IMG/VR virus record: IMGVR_UViG_3300034103_001027
Span: 1 to 64,000 of that record
Direction: 5' to 3' (one strand)
Source: a virus
DNA: 64,000 bases
The translations under genes and the position numbers were made by a program. The notes under the pieces were generated by a model, which had not been told where the DNA came from, made no database searches, and worked only from the letters and a program-made list of their open reading frames with translations. Positions 54,695-63,796 of the stretch are shown here, in pieces. Numbering within the stretch: the first letter of the stretch is position 1; each line of letters opens with the position of its first letter.

Positions 54695-56021
54695 ATGGCT
54701 TCTTGAGGCTGAGTCTTGCCTTGTGTTTGCACTTGCCCCACAAGCTGCTGCCAATCATCTCGTGCATGATGTCTATCTGTCTCAGCCTGCGCTGCACATA
54801 GGATCGCTTGAGCATTGTCAGATTGGCCTTGACGCCTAGTTCCCTGGCCTTGATGGCTATGATCATGTCCTCGATTTGAGTGGTAGACAATCCGAGTTCG
54901 TACTTCATGACCCATATCTGACCGGCTTGAAGCAGTTGCTTCTTATCGACAGCCAGTCTCTTTTGGTGTTCGCTAATCTGTTCTATTTTGAATCCAGCGC
55001 GAGGGAGTCCATTTGGCCTTCCGTTTGCTTGGCACCATGCAGCAGTTTCCTTGTTTCGATTAGACTTCATCTGGCTTTCTAATTGTGCAATTGAAGCCAT
55101 CAGCGATATCCATTCCTTACCCTGCCCTGTGTCTGTCCTGATTCGCTCGCAGACGAAGTGAACGTAAGCGCCTTTTCGCTGTATCTCGGCTATTGTCTTC
55201 ATGGCGTCCAGGGTATTTCGCCACCCTCGATCCATTCGGTAGATAACGACGTCATCCCCTGGCTGCAGGTCGTTCATAAGCCGCTTACCGGCCTCTCGCT
55301 CCATAAATGGCACTGAGAAGGCGCTAATGGCAGGATCGGAGTAAACTGGCCCTACAGGGCACTGTAGCTTCTCTGCGAGGTCCTCTGCGTATTTGGCATT
55401 GGCAGTGCCTTGCCACTTCAGGCCGAGCCCTGAGACGTACTGTGGCTCTGTGGATACACGTTCGTACATGCGGATCGTGCCTGTTGGTCGCTCCGTTTTG
55501 ATCTTTTGAGGCAGGACGAATTCGCTATTCATCCATTTGACTTTTGGCTTCGTGTTTGACGATTGCGAGTTTTGAAGCCTCTTGATTAGTAGTGCTTCTC
55601 TAATTCGCTCGCTTGTCACATCAGAAGCGTATTGAGCCATAGCGGCTAGGATATTCGCCTGTAGCTTCCCGGAGGCTGTGGTCGTGTTGATCTGGTTGTT
55701 GATGAAATGCACGAAGATACCCTTCTCCTCGAAGAAGTGCATCAAGTTGCAGAAGTCTCTCAGGTTTCTGCATAGTCGGTCGATCTGCAAGCATATAACG
55801 TGGTCGCCCGGCTTTACCTGCTCGATGATGCGACCACCACCTGGGCGGCCCGCAAAGGATTTGCTCCATGCGCTGACGCCAGCATCAGTAACCACAACTT
55901 GCTCAGCCTCTGGTATAACCGAAGTGGCATAATTGGTTGTCCTGACCATTTGGTCTGGTATACTGATGTCAGAGGCTTTGGAGTCCTTATGGCTAACGCG
56001 ATTGTAAAGGAATGCTTTCAT
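54594..56021 (-). CDS. serine recombinase with two tandem resolvase catalytic domains
   Basis: Domain 1: YNRVS...D.GVSA...RP...PGD....IDRLCRN...SERI. Domain 2: YERVS...D.AISA...R.....PGD....MDRGWRN...SNR.K. Confidence 0.9.
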   Translation of the reverse strand: MKAFLYNRVSHKDSKASDISIPDQMVRTTNYATSVIPEAEQVVVTDAGVSAWSKSFAGRPGGGRIIEQVKPGDHVICLQIDRLCRNLRDFCNLMHFFEEKGIFVHFINNQINTTTASGKLQANILAAMAQYASDVTSERIREALLIKRLQNSQSSNTKPKVKWMNSEFVLPQKIKTERPTGTIRMYERVSTEPQYVSGLGLKWQGTANAKYAEDLAEKLQCPVGPVYSDPAISAFSVPFMEREAGKRLMNDLQPGDDVVIYRMDRGWRNTLDAMKTIAEIQRKGAYVHFVCERIRTDTGQGKEWISLMASIAQLESQMKSNRNKETAAWCQANGRPNGLPRAGFKIEQISEHQKRLAVDKKQLLQAGQIWVMKYELGLSTTQIEDMIIAIKARELGVKANLTMLKRSYVQRRLRQIDIMHEMIGSSLWGKCKHKARLSLKKPFSADHLRLIHRWKWTHSPVLPSASKPRASRSRA

Positions 56022-56709
56022 GGGTAAACGTCGAAAAGGAGGGATGTTTTCACCGAGTCCCTATGTGACTGGTGCGAAGCAAATGTCAACTGGAGAGGAA
56101 TTGCAAGCGATTGCCGTATACCAGAAGACGAGAGATGGTAGTTTAGCGGAATCGGTACTTAAGTCAAGGGCCTCTTGGGTGCAGAGTATCATTGCTAATA
56201 TACCCATGCCCAGCTTTGCTGACATGGATACGGTGTTTTCTGATGTCATGCTGGCCGTCTATGAGTCGCTCTCGAACTACGATGAATCCAAGGCGGCCCT
56301 GTCCACATACCTCTGGAGGGTTATCTATAATTCTGCACTGACCAGCGCCAAAGAGCAGGATACAAATGCTGAGCAGTTTACCCCTGAACTGATCGTCGAT
56401 GAGGCCGTTGATTACTCTGAGTGCATCGAAAACGCCCGAAAGGTCATCTTGAATACACCCCCCGAGATGCTCAATGAGCGATCCAGAAAGGTTGCGCACA
56501 TGATGCTCAAGGGTTACTCCGTTCAGGAGATAGCAAGCACCTTAGACGTGACCAAGTCCGTTGCCGGTGAGATAATCACCAGCATACGTCGATACATCGC
56601 TTGGTGCATGGTCAAGCAGAATCTATCTGCAGAGCCGGTCATTAGCGACAGCGATCTTATGGATCTGGCTGAGGAGCATGAGCGGGCCAATGTGACCAAA
56701 TGGCGGTAG
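56020..56709 (+). CDS. sigma-70 family (ECF-like) RNA polymerase sigma factor
   Basis: Region 2-like D.D.V..DV....Y..L..YD...AALSTYL..V..N. Region 4-like LNERSRKV..M...GYSVQEIA..L.V. The start codon is uncertain. Confidence 0.75.
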   Translation: MGKRRKGGMFSPSPYVTGAKQMSTGEELQAIAVYQKTRDGSLAESVLKSRASWVQSIIANIPMPSFADMDTVFSDVMLAVYESLSNYDESKAALSTYLWRVIYNSALTSAKEQDTNAEQFTPELIVDEAVDYSECIENARKVILNTPPEMLNERSRKVAHMMLKGYSVQEIASTLDVTKSVAGEIITSIRRYIAWCMVKQNLSAEPVISDSDLMDLAEEHERANVTKWR

Positions 56710-56712
56710 TGG

Positions 56713-57369
56713 TTAGTCCGGCCCTAATCTCTCTAGGATCAATGGGATCAATGGGTGCCTGACGCTACTGGCTATACTGGAGAAGTGAAAGTGCTGGATT
56801 CCATCTATCCCAGAGAGTAATGTGGCAGCCCGGAACAGGCCGCTGTCTCTGATGTCTGCTTGCTCAATGTCGCCGCACATGATCAGCTTGGATCCTATGC
56901 CTATTCGCGTCAGCAGTAGCCTCATTTGTCGTATATTGGCGTTCTGCGCCTCATCGACGACTAAGACGGTGTTCTTTAGCGTCCTGCCGCGCAAGTACGC
57001 CATAGCGACAATCTCTGATGCGATCTTTTGATCTGGTGCGTACTCCTTGATCGTGTCTGTCAGTGGATGCAAGAATGGCGACATCTTTTCGATGATGCCT
57101 CCAGGTATTGCCCCGATTTCTTCCCCGCAGGCTTCAACTGCCGGTCTTGTCAGTATCAGCTTCTTTCCCTCATGGGATAGGATGTAGTCAATTGCACAGG
57201 CTATTGCCGTGTATGTCTTTGAGCATCCTGCCGGTCCTGTCAGAAATGTTATGTCGTTTTTCTGACACGCTGCGTATGCATCTGCTTGTTCTTGAGTAAC
57301 TGGTCGAAAGTGCGGTCTGTTCACGGTGTGACCTTCCGTAGTCGAGTAGAGTTTCTTTCTCTTAGACAT
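56713..57369 (-). CDS. phoH: PhoH family ATPase
   Basis: GPAGCSKT, LTRPAVE, G.IPG...EK, AYLRGRTL, VDEAQN, LTRIG, GD..Q.D, RHPL. Confidence 0.92.
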   Translation of the reverse strand: MSKRKKLYSTTEGHTVNRPHFRPVTQEQADAYAACQKNDITFLTGPAGCSKTYTAIACAIDYILSHEGKKLILTRPAVEACGEEIGAIPGGIIEKMSPFLHPLTDTIKEYAPDQKIASEIVAMAYLRGRTLKNTVLVVDEAQNANIRQMRLLLTRIGIGSKLIMCGDIEQADIRDSGLFRAATLLSGIDGIQHFHFSSIASSVRHPLIPLILERLGPD

Positions 57370-57604
57370 TGTCGTCTTGTTCCTCTTGGATGTGCGCTGT
57401 TTGGAAGCTTTCTTTACACAGTGGGCACACCACGATGCTTGGGTGTGTTTCGACTATAGCGCCACCCCCGTCTTCTGATCTTGCGTTGTACTCGTTATTG
57501 AGCTGCTCCTCGGAGATGACTTTAATCACGGGATGAACGTAGTTCATTGTCCCGCAGCTATCGCATATCCATGCGAAGACTTCGAATAATTCTGCCACTC
57601 TCAT
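57362..57604 (-). CDS. zinc-ribbon protein
   Basis: WICDSCG...CPLC. ATGA overlap with the primase stop codon. Confidence 0.65.
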   Translation of the reverse strand: MRVAELFEVFAWICDSCGTMNYVHPVIKVISEEQLNNEYNARSEDGGGAIVETHPSIVVCPLCKESFQTAHIQEEQDDNV

Positions 57605-58380
57605 GCGCTTGCAATCCTTTGCTTTTCTTGATAGACCCGCCGAACCTTGGTGATAATCTCGTGGGAACTCCACGGTGGGGATACATTGCGACCATGCCAT
57701 AGGATTACTTCATGGATCGCTTCTGTTTCGCTTAATCCAGCCTCGATGCAGACCATCGTGGCGTGGTATGTTTTTACGTCTCTCTCGCCCTCGGATGCTC
57801 TGATTGTGCCTAGCACTGCCTGAGCGCTGCGAACGTGGTTGCCAATAACCGCATGAGACACGCCCGCTGACTCCGGTCTCCAGCCCATGTTGAACACTGG
57901 TAGGTTTCCTGGCATGATCCACTTTGCGTCAAGGTTGCCAGTGCAAATGCAGACTTGATACTGAAATCCCTTGACGATACTTGGCGGCATTAGGCAGTAG
58001 CTCTTGTCTCCCTTGACATCGTAGGTAAACCCTTCAGGGGCCTCGATCTTGGAGTTTGACTTAACGTAGATGCCTGGGTGCCGGTAATAGAAGTGCATTC
58101 CCTTGCGCGATCTTACTCTCAGTGGAGTTCTTGGCCTATGCTGCAGCCAGGACTTGTAAGATTCCTTTGTGTCGCAGTCGATGACCACGTATCCATTTTC
58201 TGCGCCGGTCAGCATTGCAATGTTGACGCCTCTGAATCTCCACTTCCTTAGCGGGTTGCCAATCAGGTTGCCCCATTCCGTAGTGGGTATTTTAGTCTCC
58301 ATGCCAATAGGGATGACGCTCATTCCTCGGCTTAGCATTAGGCTGGCCACTTCGCTGACTCTGTCGCATATCACAGACAC
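57601..58380 (-). CDS. bifunctional primase/polymerase (Prim-Pol) with a PriCT-like C-terminus
   Basis: G.SVIP....K.P, NIA.LTG...YVVIDCD, G.HFYY, DVKG..SY...PPS, EGERD. GTG start after GGAGG. Confidence 0.85.
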   Translation of the reverse strand: MSVICDRVSEVASLMLSRGMSVIPIGMETKIPTTEWGNLIGNPLRKWRFRGVNIAMLTGAENGYVVIDCDTKESYKSWLQHRPRTPLRVRSRKGMHFYYRHPGIYVKSNSKIEAPEGFTYDVKGDKSYCLMPPSIVKGFQYQVCICTGNLDAKWIMPGNLPVFNMGWRPESAGVSHAVIGNHVRSAQAVLGTIRASEGERDVKTYHATMVCIEAGLSETEAIHEVILWHGRNVSPPWSSHEIITKVRRVYQEKQRIASA

Positions 58381-58381
58381 A

Positions 58382-58801
58382 TTAAGCCTCCTTGTGTGTT
58401 CTTCGGAACGGAAGTGGTGGAGCCTTTCGGAATCTCCAGCCTGACCTGAACAGTATTGAATTGCCGCCCGGTGCATCTACAGCCGTGAAGTCGTTTTCCG
58501 CCAGGAATGTTACGGACTGCGTGTCGCTGACATCAACCACTGCCTCTAGTGACATTGATGGCCATGTCATCAGCCGTATATGTTCGATTAAGCTGGTTCC
58601 TATACCGAGCCTTCGCTTCCTATGATCCACTGCTACGTCGAGTATCTGATGTACGCACATATCCGATACAGAGCAAAGGTATCCTACTATATTTCCGCCA
58701 AGCTCTGCAACTAAGCAGATCGCTCCTGGGTCGCTTATATGGCACGCCACTAAGTCATGACTGCCACCTATAGCATCGATGAATTGCAAGTCAATTCGCA
58801 T
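58382..58801 (-). CDS. RimI-like GNAT acetyltransferase
   Basis: LVAE....IVGY, ILDVAVD...RRLGIGT.L, V...D.....FL....F. Confidence 0.85.
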   Translation of the reverse strand: MRIDLQFIDAIGGSHDLVACHISDPGAICLVAELGGNIVGYLCSVSDMCVHQILDVAVDHRKRRLGIGTSLIEHIRLMTWPSMSLEAVVDVSDTQSVTFLAENDFTAVDAPGGNSILFRSGWRFRKAPPLPFRRTHKEA

Positions 58802-59714
58802 TGCTCTGCGTACTGAAAGCTCGTTCAATTGGCAACCTCCTATCCAGTGTATGCAAGCTCCTTGCTGTCCAATAATCAAACTGCTTCATGGTTGCCCGAA
58901 TCTTTTCTGGTATGAAGTCCGAATGCATCGTGTCTATGAATGTCCCGCATGAAGACAGCAGGTCACTGGCAGTCTTGACTCCGATACCGCAAACTCCCTG
59001 CACTCCGTTCTTGCCTACCATGCAGAGCCAGTCAATCACTTGCGTCGGCTTGATCTTATGTGTCGCCAGTAGCCAGTTGGCCCCGTAGAACTCATCTTTA
59101 GCCCTTGAGTAGATCGATGTCTTAGGACCTAAGGACTGCCAGCAATCCTTATCCTCTGTGACCATCATGCATTCAGTGTCAAGTATCTGGCACTGCATGG
59201 CTACGCTAGCCAGTACATCATCGGCCTCCCTGCCGGTGTGTACCTCGACCTGCATGCCAGAATCCCTAAGGTGCTGTATCACCATGGGCCTGAGGCGATT
59301 TAATTCCTCTTTGATTGGGTCGTTTGGTCTGTCTGACTTAAATTCCGAGTAGAGTTTTCTTCGGAAGTTATTTGAGTCATCGAACCCAACAATGAAATGC
59401 TCTGGTTTATTCGTTGTTTTTAGCTTCTTGAGGCACGCATGAATCTTCTCGTGGATTCGATCTGTGCCTTTTGAAGCAAAGGCAACGGCACATGCTATCG
59501 CTTCACCATCTACCACTTGCGTCAGTCCGGCGCGAAAGCCTATATTCTGCGAGGCTCTACGCGCCTCCGTGACGCAAATAGGTACAACGCCCCTGACCTT
59601 GTGAAGCTGTGGGATCAATTGTAGCTTTGTCAGTAGTTCGTTCGCTGTCCTGCTGGCGTGCAGCTCGTTGCAGATATCGTTAACAACCTCTTCTGCCGTT
59701 ATTACGCTAGGCAT
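58791..59714 (-). CDS. 5'-3' exonuclease (PolA N-terminal / flap endonuclease-like)
   Basis: VDG, FD....FR..LY..FK..R, EADDV, T.DKD..Q, GV.GIG.KTA. Confidence 0.9.
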   Translation of the reverse strand: MPSVITAEEVVNDICNELHASRTANELLTKLQLIPQLHKVRGVVPICVTEARRASQNIGFRAGLTQVVDGEAIACAVAFASKGTDRIHEKIHACLKKLKTTNKPEHFIVGFDDSNNFRRKLYSEFKSDRPNDPIKEELNRLRPMVIQHLRDSGMQVEVHTGREADDVLASVAMQCQILDTECMMVTEDKDCWQSLGPKTSIYSRAKDEFYGANWLLATHKIKPTQVIDWLCMVGKNGVQGVCGIGVKTASDLLSSCGTFIDTMHSDFIPEKIRATMKQFDYWTARSLHTLDRRLPIERAFSTQSNAN

Positions 59715-61281
59715 AGGCTCGCTTCCTTTGTATCGCTAGTTCTCTTTCCTGGGCCCATCTGTGATACATGTCGTCCGGTGGGTATCCACCGTGTCTCTTG
59801 GCATATATGGCAAGTACCTGAGCGTCAGTTGGTGACTTCCCTGATCTTTTCCTCACGGAAAAGAATATCTGGCTGAGCCTCTTGAGTTCTTCAGGCTTGG
59901 GTGGTGGAGGTGGCTCGAATTGATCCATCTTGCGCTCCACGAGCCTTCCGTCCTTCTGGACGATGATTCGTGTCCTTGGATCTGCCTGGAACCCGCAGGC
60001 AGGGCATCTAAGGCCCTCAGCACGCACCGTACCGCACCTTGGGCATACAATGGGATTGGGAGCCTTACCTTCCTGCACGTCGCGTGTGCGCGATTCTGCG
60101 ATCTCCTTCTCGGTCATGGAGAACATGGCCTCCCAGTCGCGATTAGCGTTGGGAGAGCCATGTCGGATCATATTGGCTCCGTGATCCTGTATAACTGCGT
60201 GGGTCTTGCCTGATTCAGGACATGCTCTAATTACTCTTCCAACGCTTTGGACATAATTAGCCAGCGAGCCGTATGGCCTGGCTAGGATTAGGTGCCTTAG
60301 GTTAGGTATATCGATGCCCTCTTGCACGACTTGGCAGTGACATAGAACGTCAAAGTCCCCTGCCTTCATGTCGTTGAGCACTTGATTCCTGACTTTCCCC
60401 TCGGCATCGTTGTCGTAGGTCTCTCCGTTGACGATGACTTTCTTACAGTCAATGTGAGCGACTCGATGTCCCTTCTTGAGGAATAAGTCAGCAACCCAGG
60501 CTGACTCGTCGATTCCAGGTGAAGCGCAGAGGGTCGGTAATGCATCAGGATTGAGTCTTCGCCAGTCTTCGTAGATGTACCCAACGATGGCTTGGCTCCA
60601 ACATTCCTTAATGATGTCGCCGTCTGAGTATTCGCCCGTCTTTTCTGGCTTGATCTTGTCTACGTCCATTTCATGCACTGAGAAGCACTTTGCTGGCACG
60701 TGCGCGCCACAGGCCCTTAGTTCCGAATTGGTCGCAGCCACCACGACATCTCTATAGGCACCACTCATGCCTATTGGTGTTCCTGACATTCCCAGAACGT
60801 AGGCCCCTTTGGATAGGTATCTCTGGATCAGTTCAAGGGCCTTAGGTGACATGAGCATGTGAGCTTCGTCAATAATGACTAGATTCGCATCGAATAGCTG
60901 CCATCGCTCCTGGTTGATAACTCGCTGGATGTCAGTCTGGATCTGTGCTATCTGGATTCTCGCATTTGGATCGACCTTGTGTCGCATTGACGCTGCTCTC
61001 GCACCTGCCTCAATGCCATCTGATATGAGGCGATCCATCGACTGTTGCGTCAATAAGCGACGAGGGTTGTAGATAATTACCTTTCCGCCTTGTTTTTCAA
61101 GGAGATTCACTAATCCTGTAGTTATTAAGCCTTTTCCCGAGGCCGTAGGTGCGCCTAGAACAACTGATTTAATGCCGCTACTGAACTTGTCGCATATCTG
61201 CCGAATCGATCTTATCTGATGATCCCATGGTTCTCTTGTGAAAGAGCCGTAGATGTCGTTATTAGAGAATCTCCAATCCAT
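59707..61281 (-). CDS. superfamily 2 (DEAH) helicase with a C-terminal Zn finger
   Basis: APTASGK, IIDEAH, GMSGTP, EGIDIP, YVQSVGR, CPRC...CPACG. Confidence 0.92.
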   Translation of the reverse strand: MDWRFSNNDIYGSFTREPWDHQIRSIRQICDKFSSGIKSVVLGAPTASGKGLITTGLVNLLEKQGGKVIIYNPRRLLTQQSMDRLISDGIEAGARAASMRHKVDPNARIQIAQIQTDIQRVINQERWQLFDANLVIIDEAHMLMSPKALELIQRYLSKGAYVLGMSGTPIGMSGAYRDVVVAATNSELRACGAHVPAKCFSVHEMDVDKIKPEKTGEYSDGDIIKECWSQAIVGYIYEDWRRLNPDALPTLCASPGIDESAWVADLFLKKGHRVAHIDCKKVIVNGETYDNDAEGKVRNQVLNDMKAGDFDVLCHCQVVQEGIDIPNLRHLILARPYGSLANYVQSVGRVIRACPESGKTHAVIQDHGANMIRHGSPNANRDWEAMFSMTEKEIAESRTRDVQEGKAPNPIVCPRCGTVRAEGLRCPACGFQADPRTRIIVQKDGRLVERKMDQFEPPPPPKPEELKRLSQIFFSVRKRSGKSPTDAQVLAIYAKRHGGYPPDDMYHRWAQERELAIQRKRAYA

Positions 61282-61298
61282 GCCTCTCGTGTCTCCTG

Positions 61299-62252
61299 TT
61301 ACTCAGCTTTGAGTGAGTTTGCTTGCGTTAAGAATTGCTTCAGTGATACCCTGCACTGCGCCGTATTGAATCCTGCTGCGTCCAGATCGCTGAGCCTCTC
61401 CTCGATCCGCTCGCACAGCGGTGTGATTGACATGAGCGCGAATCTGAGTGACTCAGATGTCGACTTTGGTCTTATTTCGCCCTGGACTATCATCAGGCCC
61501 TGCTTGACACTGGTAACCTCTGGGTCCTCTAGGACTGATGAGAGCAGTTCCTGTTTTTCTGGAGCGAGGCTGGATAGTTTCTTGATGCTCTGGTGATCTG
61601 CTACTACAACGCCTGAGGCGACCCGTCTTTTAACTTCAGGGCTCATGTACTTGGATTTATTGATTGCCTCTAGATCGTCAGCCTTGGGGTTCCTTTTTGT
61701 CTTGGGTAGAGCGTCTCGCAGTGTCATATGCGGATTCTCTTTGATCCTTTGCTCGACAGCCGATGCCTCTAGTGGCTGCAGGGTGGAGAACTCCTCCCAG
61801 TCTTTCTTGCTGTTGATGATTTCGCCGGACAGGCACTTTTCCCTGAATCCCTTGGATGCCTTGTCCATCGAGTCAGCCATCTCGATGTCTCGGTAGACAG
61901 TTCGCTCGCTGACATCGAATGCCTCAGCGACCTCCGCTGGAGATGTCATCTTGGCCATTGTTCCACGGATATATGCGACTTCTGATTCAGACAGGTTTCT
62001 CTTGCCAACCTGATTCTTTAGGACCCACAGCCGAGCCTCTTCGATATCAGCGAACTCCATCTCTTTTGTATGGGTCGCAAGGTTGTGCTTCTTGGCTATC
62101 TTGAGCCTGTGGCGACCGTCGACCAAGTATCCATTCCATACCTTAATTTCATCTAGGACGCCATGCTCAAGGCAGTTCTCCTCGAGATCCTTGTACTCAT
62201 CCCTGGTTAACGCTCGAAGGGATTCGACTAATTCCATTTTATATTCTTGCAT
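61299..62252 (-). CDS. ParB-like domain protein with an HTH
   Basis: L...EY..L......G....I.VW...LVDGRHR, NQ.G+RNL, VAEAFDVSERTVYRD. Confidence 0.8.
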   Translation of the reverse strand: MQEYKMELVESLRALTRDEYKDLEENCLEHGVLDEIKVWNGYLVDGRHRLKIAKKHNLATHTKEMEFADIEEARLWVLKNQVGKRNLSESEVAYIRGTMAKMTSPAEVAEAFDVSERTVYRDIEMADSMDKASKGFREKCLSGEIINSKKDWEEFSTLQPLEASAVEQRIKENPHMTLRDALPKTKRNPKADDLEAINKSKYMSPEVKRRVASGVVVADHQSIKKLSSLAPEKQELLSSVLEDPEVTSVKQGLMIVQGEIRPKSTSESLRFALMSITPLCERIEERLSDLDAAGFNTAQCRVSLKQFLTQANSLKAE

Positions 62253-62288
62253 TTTGTCCTCCTTGAATTGTTTTATCTAAACTACTGG

Positions 62289-62299
62289 TATATGGCAAG
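62289..62299 (-). promoter_or_regulatory. CTTGCCATATA motif upstream of the replication operon
   Basis: TTGCCA-N17-TAAAAC, followed by an AAGGAGGA RBS. Confidence 0.55.
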
Positions 62300-62352
62300 T
62301 CTCGTGGCTAAGTGTATCGCATTAAATCTGCGCGGCGCAGGTTATGACGTTG

Positions 62353-62667
62353 TTATGCAGACCAGCCGTGCTCGACCATGAGTTCCTTTGTAATCTCAAA
62401 CCATGGTTCGCCAAACGAAACTTCTACTTGCAATGTGACTTCTCCAGTCTCCATGCACCAAGTGACCTCCGTTACCATCATTTCGTCCAATATCGTACAC
62501 TCCGACGATCTTAAGAATTGAATCACTAATCCTTCAAATGGTGCGAATGGAAGTTCAACCTTTCGCGTGACATAGTTTCCGTGTTCATCAATTCTAAACT
62601 CTAGCGTGACTGGATGCATAGCAATGTGTTCTACAAAAGTTGCCGGTAAGGTGTTTGGTTCGCTCAA
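62353..62667 (-). CDS. hypothetical protein
   Basis: 104-aa acidic ORF. Confidence 0.55.
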   Translation of the reverse strand: MSEPNTLPATFVEHIAMHPVTLEFRIDEHGNYVTRKVELPFAPFEGLVIQFLRSSECTILDEMMVTEVTWCMETGEVTLQVEVSFGEPWFEITKELMVEHGWSA

Positions 62668-62707
62668 AGTCGTCCGGCGGTAACTTTGTGACCACTACCG
62701 TTATAGA

Positions 62708-63271
62708 TCAATACAGTTCCGCGAGATTAAATCCTTCCAGTATCATTGCCCCGATATTTTCCCCGGTGAATCGTGGGCCAGACCTGATGGAGGCTTGTCT
62801 CGGCAGAACCAACTCTTGCGATGCTGTCTTTGTTGCACCAACAGTTTCTGCCGCAATGATCCCGCTGGTACTGTTCGCTTGCGTTAGGACATAATGCAGC
62901 CTATCGCTTGGCCTAACCCTACAGCCTGTATCTGCCCAGCCAGTATCCCCGAAACAAAACCAGTGATTAAACATCAGGTCTTCGTATCTAATGAAGGTAA
63001 AACCAAATGCGTCTGCTGGGTTTAGAAATGACTCCATTGACGAAGGCTCAAATCCGTGCAAAAAGCATTTCCCGCGACACCCCAGCTCGAATACAAGAAA
63101 ACTTACGTCCTCGTGCCCTGTATTGCCTGAGCCAACGCGGTAGTTACTCTCCGCAACTTCCTTATTAAATCCACTTGGATACTGCAAGTGCTCGCCGTCA
63201 TCATTCCGCAATCGCAAGAACGCCTTCCACTCTCCGCGAATTAAGCTCTCAACCTGATTTGACATACTCAT
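62708..63271 (-). CDS. hypothetical protein
   Basis: 187-aa ORF. Confidence 0.55.
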   Translation of the reverse strand: MSMSNQVESLIRGEWKAFLRLRNDDGEHLQYPSGFNKEVAESNYRVGSGNTGHEDVSFLVFELGCRGKCFLHGFEPSSMESFLNPADAFGFTFIRYEDLMFNHWFCFGDTGWADTGCRVRPSDRLHYVLTQANSTSGIIAAETVGATKTASQELVLPRQASIRSGPRFTGENIGAMILEGFNLAELY

Positions 63272-63274
63272 AAC

Positions 63275-63348
63275 CTACGAATCACGCAAGTTCCCGGTCT
63301 TGCGTTTTACCAAGAGAGAATCACGCTCGGGAACTGCGCGATTCGTAG
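63275..63348 (-). promoter_or_regulatory. ~21-bp stem-loop covering the translation start region of the downstream gene
   Basis: Arms CTACGAATCACGCAAGTTCCCG and CGGGAACTGCGCGATTCGTAG. Confidence 0.65.
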
Positions 63349-63359
63349 AGTTCACTGGA

Positions 63360-63671
63360 TCACTGCTCAACAGTGAATCCAAGTGTTTCAAAATGCTGCG
63401 ATGTTGCAAAGTCTGTCGCAAACGGGAAGTCCAGTTCACTAACCATGTCGCCATCGGCATCAACAACTGCGATTCCAGACCAATAGTCAACGTCCAGATA
63501 CGCAACCATTTCCTCACCTGGATTCAAGATCGGAGGGCTCCAGTTCGGTAGTACTACCTGCTTGAATCTCCCTGTATCTTTACAGATCTCGCACTGGTCG
63601 CAATCGCCGTGACACTTCGGGCATTCTTCCTCTGGAAATCCGACTCGCTTAATCGTGTCCAATCGTGACAT
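63360..63671 (-). CDS. hypothetical protein with a CxxC...CxxC Zn finger
   Basis: CPKCHGDCDQCEICKDTG. Confidence 0.6.
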   Translation of the reverse strand: MSRLDTIKRVGFPEEECPKCHGDCDQCEICKDTGRFKQVVLPNWSPPILNPGEEMVAYLDVDYWSGIAVVDADGDMVSELDFPFATDFATSQHFETLGFTVEQ

Positions 63672-63778
63672 GGCATTAACCCTTCTGTCTAACCTAACCA
63701 CTGTGCTTTATAAGCAGCTTGCTTGGCAGTTTCCATTAGTCTTGCCGCTCCGTCTCGGTCATTTTATTGAGTGTCTGG

Positions 63779-63789
63779 TATATGGCAAG
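63779..63789 (-). promoter_or_regulatory. CTTGCCATATA motif; putative promoter TTGCCA-N16-TAAAAT
   Basis: Exact intergenic copy with a good -10 hexamer. Confidence 0.6.
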
Positions 63790-63796
63790 CCACTAA

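Noticed and set aside
58736-58744. TATATGGCA partial copy of the promoter motif
   Set aside because: Lies inside the RimI-like coding sequence, is incomplete and has no suitable -10 element.
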